A DNA stretch of 60,798 nucleotides, the filler included, from Dirinaria sp. TL-2023a (taxonomy: Eukaryota): NCBI GenBank assembly GCA_051941275.1. It is 13 parts of 13 records of this genome, joined end to end, with 100 filler letters (N's around TTAATTAATTAA, not from the genome) between each part and the next. Parts side by side here need not be neighbours in the genome. Positions count along the whole stretch, not along the records: positions 46,960 to 51,513 come from JAVEBF010001824.1; positions 51,614 to 56,159 come from JAVEBF010001825.1; positions 56,260 to 60,798 come from JAVEBF010001826.1; 10 more parts are not named here. One strand, given 5' to 3'. Below are positions 50,057 through 60,798 of the stretch, piece after piece (position 1 is the first letter of the stretch; the number at the start of each line of letters is the position of its first letter). A program made the position numbers and the translations under genes. Below the pieces are notes generated by a model. The model had not been told where the DNA came from. It did not search any database and saw only the letters and a program-made list of their open reading frames with translations.

Positions 50057-51685
50057 TTTGACTGTGGTCGGATGGCCAAATCGATCGACAGAGTTGGTAT
50101 GGTTATCTCGTAATTATGCTTGAATATCGAGGCTCGCAGAGGCTCGCGTTGTGAGGGTAACGAGGTTGGCTTTGTTGATGTGGAAGGTCGAAAGTGGCAT
50201 GAAGCGAGGGTTGTCTAAATAAGCCGAGATGGTGTTAGCATGGGGTGAAGAAGATTCCGAAGAGATGTGACAAGGCGGTGAGATCGCCTAGTTCGACGCG
50301 GGCATTGTTGTTCCGGGATGCAGCGGGGTGTTGTCCAAGGTGTCAAAGAGGTGGTGTTACAGGCAAACAAAGTGGCATGGAGCGGGAGGCAGGTGGAGGA
50401 TCTAGATCACGCACCTCTATCCGGTTGTTCTTGCTGAACCGGTAGGTCCAGTGATCAAAGGACGTCAGGTAGAAGCCTTGTTTTGAGTTGCCGACCGAAT
50501 GGAGGGAGGAGCAACACAATGGTTGATGATGATAAGGCCTTGTTCAAAGAAGACTTGAGTTGAGGAGGAAGAGACAATGGAGATGAAGTGGTGCGGGTTG
50601 GGTGTTTGAGTTGCACCAGAGTGGGGGAGAGAGAGGGAGAGATGGTGTTGAGTGAGAGAGTGTGTGTTTCTTAGGTAAGGTAAGGTAATGTAGGTACAGT
50701 ATGTAAGGTAAAGCAGGTGTGAAGTGATTGCTGATGAGTTATTATTACAACCACTCACTTACTTCCCGACTTTTGCCTGCTGTCCCTCCCGTCGTGTGGA
50801 TGGTCCAAAGAAGGTAAATGGAAGCAGAACAAGCGCCATTACTTCAGCCAGCCTGGGTTGCGCTAGTGCGTTTCCAGGCAAGAGTGCCAAGCCCACACTC
50901 TCGCCTAAGCCAAGCCCCGCAGTTCCTTGGTATCCAGTCGATGCTGTGACAGCGAGACTGGGAAACAGGGAAACAATAATGGGGGAATTCTTCATCATCC
51001 AGCTCAAGGTAGGTACAGCACACCGCCTTACTACTACCATCAGTGCACAAGAATATCATGTGAACCAGAGTAGAGCATCCAGGCATAATACGGTACAGTA
51101 GTACCTTACAGTTAATGAGGTAAGGTATGTACTCGGCCCTCGGGCACCAACTACGGAGTAGGACATGCCACCTTCAAGCCACCTTCAAATCCACCTGCAC
51201 CTCAGAGAGCCTCCGAAAACCGGCTCCCACCTAGGTAAGTAAGGTCCCTACCTGACCTAGGGTACGTTAGGTACAGTACCTTAGTCTGGTAGCCTTGTGC
51301 CCAGCGGCGACCCCAATCCATCCATCTAGACCCAGCAAAGCATTCATACATACCTTACTGCACATACATACAGTACTTACCTTATTCCCACTCTCACACT
51401 CAAAAAAGGCCTCCGAGACTCCCGCCTCACGTCAGATCTCAGACCAAAAAAAGAGAACGAAATCAATTATTCCCGTCCATAAAGGAGTACAGTACATGAC
51501 TTATATGCCTGTCNNNNNNNNNNNNNNNNNNNNNNNNNNNNNNNNNNNNNNNNNNNNTTAATTAATTAANNNNNNNNNNNNNNNNNNNNNNNNNNNNNNN
51601 NNNNNNNNNNNNNCCCATAATGAGCTCGACGCACCCATAAGCTGACTGCTTGTCCTCGACCTTCACTCACACTGCAGTATGCGCC

Positions 51686-54600
51686 ATGCCTGAGTTCTGC
51701 GGCTGGACTAAGCGGCTCTTTCGCGAACATCGAGAGCAGCGCGAGGGTCTGAAAAACCCAGACCACGATCCCTCCTTCGCAACCTCCGAAACATCAGAGG
51801 TGCTCCTCAATTCCGATCTGGGGGAAGCCATGAGACAACCGATATACCCACATGACTTCCATCATCCCCGTATGGCCCCCACCTCTGGCAGTGGCGGGGA
51901 TGAAAACTGCAACTGGCCGCCGCCATCCTACTTCTGCTCGCAGCAGAATTCAGATCCAGACGACACTGTTTTCAACAGATACATCGACTTTGGCGACGAC
52001 CAGCCTGCGGAAAGCGCACCGCCAATAGCACAGCCAATGGTGGCTGGCCCCTCTCAGTCATCCCAGAGCTCGCACTCCTCCTCATCGTCGTCGAAGCGTC
52101 GCAAAAGCAATGGGGGCTCCGCCCGGTCATCGTTCTCGCTCGCCGACGGCGCTGGCATGCCAGCTACACACTACAGCGTCCCAGGTGTCAGTCTGCCGAC
52201 TGGCGCATATCGCCAATTCGAGGTTGGGAGTCCAAACAACAACAACAATATGGATGCGATAAACCAAATGGCTTCCCTCGCTGTGACTAGCACTAACAAC
52301 AGTTCTCCGGATTCGAAGGACTCCAATCAAGCCACTGGCCAAACCATTCCGGGCATGGCCATACCGTACGCGACGTCGCCCGATATGAAAGCTGAGCCTT
52401 CGGCGACTGCTGAGTCAGCATATTTTGAACCGGTCTGGGTACGTTTCTCATACAATCCAGCTTTCAGCTCACACCTTCTAAGGGAAACCCTTGCTACAGC
52501 TACTGACATGGATATGATAGGGTTCTGCCGAATTTGCTGCAGCCAACCTGAATTGGCACCAGCCCACTGTCCCCGGACAGTTCTTGGCAAACAATAATAA
52601 TGATAATGATAATAACAATAATGTGACAATGAGTAACGATCGCGGCTTAATGATGTCGCCACCCCAGCCGTATGTGCCTACGCGCCAAAGCGACATCAGT
52701 CGGTGGTATAATCCATCAGATCAGTGTAGGCTAAACCCACCCCCGCCCTTGACCAATCAAAGGCAAAACTACCAGAAACTGTTCGTCCTATCTGAAGATT
52801 CGAATCTATCGAATTCGCCCTTTGTTGTTATGTCGAGCCGGACTGGAACCCGTGTGGAGACGGCTTTGGACATCCGCCTCATCATAAAGGATCCTCCTGG
52901 TGGTGCCAAAAAGATCCGACTTGGCGACGAACACCTGACGAAGTTGAAGTATCTCAAAGACCGAGATGTCCCGCTATCGCCTGATGTCCTGGAGCTTTGT
53001 GCAACTGTCTTCTGCGCAAGCGCAATGACATCACCTCACGGTGTAAAGACTGCCATGGAGCGTGCAGCTAGCCGAGGACGTCCAACCTGTAGCCGGGGGA
53101 CCAATGGCAAAGCATCTTTACCAAACGGCAACAGTGAGTATAGGCCGTTGGAAGGTACCCCGGTCCGGATCTGCGAAGGCTGTGTATCTCGAGAAGTGAA
53201 GCGGCTCCGTCGAAGCAAACCCAAGACCGAGGAGACCGAAGAATGGCTACACGACGCGTCACATCGAACGTTGGTCTTTAACAACCCGCAATACGTGGAA
53301 TGGAAATCTCCCAGCTCGAGCAGTGCCGCGGAGCAATTGCTGTCGCAGCCTACGCCTCGGATTACCGACGACGATAAGGAAGAAGATGGCAGGAAGAAGA
53401 CGTCCAGGAAGCTCCCGCTGCCACCCATCGAACCAGGGACGATTGCGGTTGACTTGGCGATGCGTATCTGCTGCTATTGCCGTCATCAGCACGAATCGAC
53501 TGGGTTCAGGTAAGGACGGATGCAGATGTCGTCGCCACAATTTACGTCTACTAACACAATTTGAAGGGTTGTTTTCACATTGACCAACCACCGTGGCCAA
53601 ATCTTTGGACAACAAGTCACTAACCCTATCATGATCACTGACGACCACAAGGACAAGGATAAGAAAGATTCCGCTCCTTCTTCGCCTCGCCAGGGCACCG
53701 GGAGCACACAGCTGAACGGTAACTTCACGTTCCAAAATGGACCTGCTGCTGCCCATTTCTCCCCAGGCATTCAGCAGTCTTACTCGGTGCCCAATCTAGC
53801 GGCTATGGCCGGTGGACATGCCCTTCTTATGCCTGAGAATCTGCCACCCCGTCGTGGTGTCATGGCCTTTCCACAACCCGGTATTCCCAACAATACCGAC
53901 ATGCCGCATGGCACCTCTGGGGCACTGACCCCACAACCGACCCGTTCCCGGCAAGCCTCTCCAACGGGCGCATCCGGTCCACAGGCGAAGAAGAGGAAAG
54001 CCAGTGGTTCCGGAAGGATGCTTGAGCAGCTTCGCATGACACCCATTGACCAGGCACAATCTTTCAACTCCGGTCCACACGGGGTTGCCGCAGCCCGTCG
54101 AGCCCAAGCGCCGTCCCAGCGTCCAAACCGCTTGTCTCACCCAAATGGGGTGGCGGGGTACCGCACTAACCCGCCATCGCCTTTGAGCGGCGACTTCAGG
54201 ATGCTGACAGACGCGAATCGTTCTCAGAGCATGGAGAACTTCGTATCTGCCACATTCTCTATCGCCACATCTACGCGCCCAAGCCGGCAGCCTAGTCCCC
54301 CCTCGTTCACTCAAGGGGGTTCAATGAGTCATCAGGCTGACCTCGTGCAACCTGTTGATTACCAGATGCAAGACATTCCGGCCACAGATGCATTCGGTCA
54401 ACCACGTCCCACGTCACAGCCAGCACCTCAGGACGCGCTTCCACAGCAGCAATTGCCTGGTCAAGGCGTATCGACTTTCTACCCTTCTCCCTCGCTGTTG
54501 CCCACAGTTAACACTTTCCTGCCGTCCAGTGGTCCGCTTGGAGGTGGAGAGGCTTGTGTCTTCATTGGACACCATTTTCACTCGCAACTCCAAGTGTTTT

Positions 54601-55582
54601 TTGATAGCTGCCCGGCGACCATCGTGGAGATAAGGAAAGAATTAATCCACTGCATCGTCCCACCAGGCAAACGACCAGGAAAGGTGACCGTCCGAGTGAT
54701 GCACACGAATCCACCAGGCTCGATGGTCCCAAACGAGCTGACATTCACATATGAATACAAGGTTGAGAACTCTCGTAATCAAGGTCAGAGCCAGCTTGTG
54801 CCAATCCAGGATGGGACCACAATGCCTAACCAGCCGGGCAACTACCCGAACGGAATGCAGCAGTGGCCGACCGGGAATGGTATGGGACACTACCAGCAGC
54901 AGTACCCGCAGCAGCAGTACCCGCAGCAACAGTATAGCTTCTCGCACCAGAGGTATGCGTCTGAATCCGACTTAGGCTATCACCATGGCAAGGGAAAGGG
55001 CTTCACCGAGACCCCACCGTCATATAGTGACGTACTCGCCGAAGATGACCAACGCAACTTGGACATGAAAACAAAGTCTATGTTACTGAAAGTGGAAGAT
55101 GCGCTCATGGGCCAAAAAGCCAAGGAAACTTTTGATGTCCCCGCCACCACCGTTAAGACCACGGATGTCCAAAAGCCCAGCCGCAAAACATCTCACAGGA
55201 TGGAGCCCATCACCATTGGACGACGGCCATTGGGTGAGGAGCAGACGGCGAAGCTCCGTGAGGAGCGAAGGAGCAAGGTCAAAGGCCTGAAGAGTGATCG
55301 GAGATTGTGGGCCGTTTGGGTGAGCTACTTTAGCGCTGAACTACGCTCGTATTGGCCAAGGAGAAAGCTAACAGGTCTTGCACCTGATCACAGCTCCCGC
55401 TTCTGATTTTGGTTATGATTGCAATGACGTATGACTGGTTGCCCACGATACGGCGCATCGTCGGGGCCCTGGTAAGGTATGTGAAAGATGAGCTATTGCC
55501 ATTGATGAAACGTGCGGCGCGACGTCCGGTGGAGTATGTCCACCATCGATTTGCCGACATGAGGGTCATCGAAATCTTCTAG
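51686..55582 (+). CDS. Spt23/Mga2-like membrane-tethered transcription factor (IPT/TIG domain); exons to 52438, 52521-53509, 53567-55319, 55394-55582
   Basis: TRVET, VRICEGCVSRE.KR, MRICCYCRHQHE..GFRVVFT and IMITDDHK DNA-binding motifs. IPT domain (PSSGPLGGG..CIVPPGKRPGKVTV..FTY). PPSY motif. SDRRLWAVWLPLLILVMIAM TM. Start uncertain: a possible acceptor at about 51677 suggests an upstream exon off-contig. Confidence 0.88.
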
Positions 55583-58500
55583 CGCTTGCGTCACGATCCG
55601 ATACCCATGGCCGACAGGAATAAGGCCTCTTTATGACGACGAAAATACGTACAATACATCGAACGACAACGAACATGTTTTGGGAAAACCCCGGCGACGA
55701 ATCCAGGGGATTACTTTTGCGAGCGATGGCGTTCCACGGCGTTTTCCACGTTGCCCGGCGCTCTGCTTACCTGTTCGCAACAACAGGATGATGGGGCAAC
55801 GTGGTCGATCCTCGATCGAATGGAGATCACGAGGTGCTTTCCTTTTTTTTTGCTTTTTTTTTTTTTTTTTTTTTTTTGTGGCGATACTAGGAGTCTGTAC
55901 ACTTTTGCTTCGCGCGTTCTTCGACCCGCCTTCTGCGCTTCCTGCGTGGTTTCTTTGCCTTCACTTACATACTTATTCTTCTTCTTCGACGGAACCCCAA
56001 CCGACATAACCAGTATCTTTATTTTGGGCGTTAATCCTTAATCCTAATCAGTCTGCGAGAAATGTTCGATGGAGGTGGTGGTGGTGGGAGGTTCGAAGTT
56101 TTCGAAGATCGGAATTGGGGGCACACGAGAAAGAAAGAAATGCGAGGATTAGGCTAGGTNNNNNNNNNNNNNNNNNNNNNNNNNNNNNNNNNNNNNNNNN
56201 NNNTTAATTAATTAANNNNNNNNNNNNNNNNNNNNNNNNNNNNNNNNNNNNNNNNNNNNCCTAACATCCATGTAAAGAAAAGGAAGTAAACTTAAGTATT
56301 TGGTGAATACATTTCGAAAAGAAGGCGATGACGGGAAGAAGGACCAGTGTGTATGAGACAGCGTCAGCGTAAAGATGCTGAAAAGCGCGGCCCCCAATCT
56401 ACTCAGGTCAGACCTATCAGTTAGGTATGCCAGAAAATATTTTATTGGATGTTGCACGATTTCAAGGTGGCAACATTCTATTTTTTTTTTTTTTTTTTTT
56501 TTTCTTTCGGGCATTAATTTTGTTTGGTGTGCTAAGTAATCAATAATCCACACACGTACTTCTACCAAACATACTCCTAAAGAAAATTCCTTTCATGGGT
56601 CTAAGTCCTAAGGTATGTCAACTCACTGGATCTCCCTTTTTGCCGTTCTTTGCATTATAGCGCACCGCATCTCTCATGCCACGCGTGTACGGAAGGTAGT
56701 CGTCGACTAACTTAGGTTGACGTATTGAATTATAACCCGATCCGAGAGCTGATTGTTCTTAAAGACCCAAGACAATTCAGTGAGCCCAGATAACGGCGTC
56801 TGGTGTGGTGTTTCAATTTTTTCGCTTGGAGAGATTCCAGCTTTGAATTTGTCAGGTTCGTATGGCGAGCAGTGTGCGTTTAGCCGGATCTAGAAAGCAG
56901 GACACGAGCACCTTTCTTGCACTTATCGTCTCATCATCGACGGTAATCAAGTAGGCGGACCTGCTTTTCGAATTATCATCCAGACACTGGAGTAGGGCAC
57001 GAGAACATGGAAAATTGTTGAAGAAGTGATTTTGAACGCTGGAAGGTTTCTTGGGCGGTTTTTGTCGGCTCTTAACCCATTATTAGGCTTGTTTCCTAAT
57101 GGCGCTGGGTACAATGGTGTAGGTGTATTCTGACATCTGGTAGTCATACTTCTTCAGCCATCCTGGCCGCCGAAACGGTGCCATTGCTCGCAAAGGGATT
57201 ATATCACGCAAATGTAGATCCGGTGAAGTTGTATGCAGCCATGGCTGATGTGATAGGGGTAGGTGAATGAGGTGAAACAATAGTCGAGGTGACCGAGGTA
57301 GGTGAAAGCACGGGTGGATTACTCAATAGTTCCAGGTAACATGATCGTTTGTAGGGTGCTTCACTCGATGAAGATACGGGACTCGATGGACTCCCGGGAC
57401 TGTCCAAAGATGGTGTGTGAAATCTGGTTTTTGAAATCGGCCTGCGAGCTCTGTAGGCAAGGCTCTAGGGGTGTGAGGTGAGGACGACGAGAGATCCAGT
57501 GTGAGTGGCGTAGCAATTATGGTACGCAGAGAGGAGTTACGGATGTCTCCGGATGAGCAAGAGCATGGCAGGTCTCTCAACGGTGGCTTGTAGCGTTGAG
57601 GACGACAGATTAAACCAATTGAAAGGATAAGGAGAAGTAAAAGATAAGACCAGTAACGAGTTGGGCCAACGATCAGTACTAGCGTCCATGGGTCTCCCGT
57701 ACCTTGACCCCTATGACGGGTCGCCAATCTGATCACATACTCTAACTGATGCTATCTTTGGAATATGGCTGGAATGTCACTCAACGGGATCATCGGATTG
57801 AATTTAACTATGTTGAATCGTCTAGTGAGATTGTTGCATCGGTTAACTACGTTAAGGCAGAAGCTGAGGTACCTAGGGCAGGCAGAAAAGAATTTGGCGA
57901 ATTTACATAAAATTTTATCCCACTGCGGCCACACCACCATACTCTATTGCCACACACCCTTCACTCTGCTGGCACATCGCTCTCCCCAATCATTATTATT
58001 GTATTCGTCTATCAATATTAATACCTCGCTCAAAAAAGTTTATCCTAAAATTTTTAACCTACTTTAACGGTTTCCGTATTTGACGATGGCACGTTCGTGG
58101 TGAATCATCTCATCGTCATCTCGTGAAATCGTCGTTGCTTGAAACTCGCACTCTGTAAAGGCAAAGAAATGAATATACTTCATTCCAAGGCATAAAGAAA
58201 TTGGATACATTAGCACGTGAAAATGAGTATTTAGCGGGAACAGTGATGTGCCAGTACAGTAGGGTAATGTGGCGGCAAAATTTTAGGATCGGTTTTTAAA
58301 AAAAAATCTATTCCTAATCGAGCTTAGATCCTTGAATATTTATCACATGCTGGGGGGATGCCTACCCAATCACATGCAGCAGCGCACCGCACTGACTACT
58401 CAACAAGCCAATAAGCAAAACCGTGAGGTCCACATAGGGACAGTCTGAATTACTTAATGATATTGTGGCTTCGAAAGCCTCGGGGAAAGACTTAGAAGCA

Positions 58501-58710
58501 TGACTCACATGGTGCATCATTCCTGCTCTTAAGCCTTCGCTTCGTCCAACAATCACTATACAAGCCTCAGCTTCATCCATTAAATACATTACTCAGCTTC
58601 ATTAAACAACTGCCGTACACTCCTTGTCACAACTTTCACATTTCCGACATCCATCATTCGTGCCCGTCCAAACCTCTATACGTGGAACCGCCGTCCTCAC
58701 TGAATTCAAG

Positions 58711-59205
58711 ATGGAGCCAAGAATTATACTCGCCAACGATTTCCCGCACTTTAGAGACTACTTGGAGATAACCATGAACCAGCCGGTGTTGTGGAAACTC
58801 CAAGAGCCATTGGATACTCGCGAGATTGTCGCTCACGCCGCAAAGATCCCAGTCAACGATCTGGAGGTCATCACGCTGGGCTTCAGAGCATGCAAACTAC
58901 GCTCGAATGACGTCGAAACCGTCTGCGATGAAAGGATCAAAGTGATACCTTCAGAGGTCTATGAGCGCAAGATCACTTATTTCGAATGCGCAGTTGTGCC
59001 CAGATCTGCGGTGGGGGCGGTCCAAGATTGGTATCTTCGACAGGGACTCTGGCCTTTTACCGGCAAGCGAGTCATGTGGGGAGACATAGACTCTCTGCTG
59101 CTTATGGGTTATCCACAACACGCCAAGGACAATCCTGCTGCTCAAGTCAACATCGACAGGGCCTTGACTGCGTTTCGCGTCGAATCCGGATTAGACAAGC
59201 AATGA
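58711..59205 (+). CDS. Hypothetical protein (164 aa), no family recognised
   Basis: CAAG-ATG-G start context, uninterrupted ORF and globular composition. Confidence 0.5.
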   Translation: MEPRIILANDFPHFRDYLEITMNQPVLWKLQEPLDTREIVAHAAKIPVNDLEVITLGFRACKLRSNDVETVCDERIKVIPSEVYERKITYFECAVVPRSAVGAVQDWYLRQGLWPFTGKRVMWGDIDSLLLMGYPQHAKDNPAAQVNIDRALTAFRVESGLDKQ

Positions 59206-60065
59206 TCTTTGCTTATTCCATTGAAGGTGCCCATCCTGTTAACAGCTTCAACGCGTTCGAAAGGGCCAACAAATTCAATGCGCAATCAGCGAAAGCAACA
59301 AGAAGCCAAGTTTTTTCGTCAGCAAATCTTGGTGCGTCAGCACCGAGCGACCCCCGGACGATGCACCATTTTCGACATATAAGATATCGCAGAATTTGAG
59401 GTTCTCCAGGAGGGAAAGATAGGCTAGGGTAAATACGGCCATCGCGGGCTAATGTTAGGCATGAAACTTGGGGCCCGCAGACAAGAATGGAGTATTACTG
59501 GGATCGGTCAAGTGTTTAATGTGCTGTAATTTCGTGGAGCAGTGGAAGATGAACGGAAAACCTTTCCGATCGAATGCCCCGTACATTTAAATTCTAGCCA
59601 TAGATTCTCCTCTTGCTTTAAAACCTATCAGCTAGAGGACTACAAAGAGCACAATCCCTCGCGAATTTCCACATAAAATCTTCCTCAAAACCTCAATGCG
59701 ACCCGTAAAGCGTACCTCTATCTATTAAATTCCTAATTCAAAATCACAGCTGGAATATCAATACTTCCCGGTTGGGGCAGCGGGATCTATTGATCACTTG
59801 CCTGGCCTACGATCTGGACATTGTACAAAGTGAAAGCCTTAATCTGGATTTCCACAGCCTTGAGATTTAACCTAAGTCAGGGCCAATTTCAGTTATGTGG
59901 CTTTGCGAAGCTAGCGCTGAATGGACAGCGAGCATGTAAAGTACGGTACTTATCGTTGGTTGCAAAATTCTTGTCCGTTTCGGCAAAACGTCACTTTTTT
60001 AGTGCGCACCCCACCAAAAAGTTGACCCGGATCAGAAAAATCGTAGAACTCATAAATCATCGTGT

Positions 60066-60460
60066 TGTTACGAGTCAGACTGGCGTGATCTTATATACGC
60101 ACTCAGTCGAACCAGGAAGTATGTCAAGTCGGTGCTCATGACGTCAAGGCTATTGAGCAGTGGCTCATGAAGCTCGACATGGTGAGCAGGGTGAGCAGTA
60201 ACTCATGAAGCTCGGCATAATGAGCAGGATGAGCAGAGATGCTCAAGATGCTCAGGCAATTGAGCTTCATAGTGCTCAGGGTGCTCAGGTGATTGAGCAT
60301 CGTGAGCATGAGGGATCTCATTGTATATATAGATCTTCAACACGACGTTTTTTTAGCATCGTGTTCAACATCTTTGCAATAACTATCTACTGCTCAGAGT
60401 AACTTGTATTTTGTTGTGATATCGTCATATCATCTCGAAGACACTCGTTGTTTCTTGACA
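60066..60460 (+). mobile_element. Probable 5' LTR of a Ty3/gypsy retrotransposon
   Basis: Begins TGTTACG and ends CTTGACA (TG..CA with imperfect terminal inverted repeat). Internal TATATATA. Lies about 100 bp upstream of a gag relic. Confidence 0.65.
60154..60236. repeat. 38-bp tandem duplication inside the LTR
   Basis: TGAGCAGTGGCTCATGAAGCTCGACATGGTGAGCAGGG followed by TGAGCAGTAACTCATGAAGCTCGGCATAATGAGCAGGA, then a further TGAGCAG. Confidence 0.85.
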
Positions 60461-60557
60461 GATCTCTTCAACAGATCAAACTTTAGCACCTTTTCTGTTT
60501 AGAATCTAACTCTAGATATTAGATCGATAGAACGCAACAACATTGAACACTCTTAGA

Positions 60558-60798
60558 ATGTCTGTCTCAGAACAACGTAATTCTGTTTCAAACATCACTG
60601 ACTCAGCAATCTCTCGCGAATCAATCAACAATGAACGTAACGATGATGACAAGATTAAAATCAACAAATCTGATGTTTATAAAAACGAAAAAGAAGAACT
60701 CGACGACTGACTCTTACAGATGAAATTATATTTTGTGTTTAATTCAGTATTTAGCGATCAGAGAACGATCTTCGTTTCAACGTTTCTTCGAGAAAAAG
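60558..60798 (+). mobile_element. Mutated Ty3/gypsy gag, N-terminal part
   Basis: Reads ..KIKINKSDVYKNEKEELDD*LLQMKLYFVFNSVFSDQRTIFVSTFLREK, matching the fungal gag pattern K..KPD.Y.G....LDDWL.Q..LYF.FN....K..FASTFLRG. TGA at 60708 replaces the conserved Trp. Confidence 0.85.

Noticed and set aside
4619..56259. Regularly spaced TTAATTAATTAA palindrome as a biological repeat or array
   Set aside because: Always flanked by exactly 44 N on each side; it is a synthetic six-frame stop linker.
56947..57736. Chain of minus-strand short ORFs on contig 13
   Set aside because: Frames are broken and no family is recognisable; at most an unidentifiable relic.
60130..60310. TGAGCA/TGCTCA repeats as a CRISPR-like array, or ORFs 60136-60402 as genes
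   Set aside because: Eukaryotic LTR-internal tandem repeats without unique spacers; the ORFs arise from the repeats.

Overview
This is not one locus. It is 13 unrelated contigs of about 4.5-4.6 kb from an intron-containing filamentous ascomycete, sorted by decreasing length (4618 down to 4539 bp or more) and joined by an artificial 100-bp linker (N44-TTAATTAATTAA-N44). Gene neighbourhood is only meaningful within a contig. The secreted-protein families suggest a lichen-forming Lecanoromycete, but that is inference. Recognisable conserved genes: casein kinase I, tubulin-folding cofactor D, Trf4-type poly(A) polymerase, an Spt23/Mga2-like transcription factor, a DUF3405 membrane protein and an intron-containing tRNA-Gln(CTG). 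Accessory content: an F-box/beta-propeller protein ending in a CaaX box, two adjacent damaged cytochrome P450s, a partial fungal-luciferase (Luz)-like gene, a HeLo-like/ankyrin/TM protein, three small secreted-protein genes (one with a nonsense codon), and the 5' LTR plus gag start of a Ty3/gypsy element. The strongest leads are: a RIP-like C-to-T process that appears to target CC/GG rather than canonical CpA; the luciferase homolog; the HeLo-like/ankyrin protein lacking an NBD; the F-box + PPxY + CaaX protein; and the ankyrin-less Spt23/Mga2 protein. All family calls come from motif recognition by eye; no searches were run.
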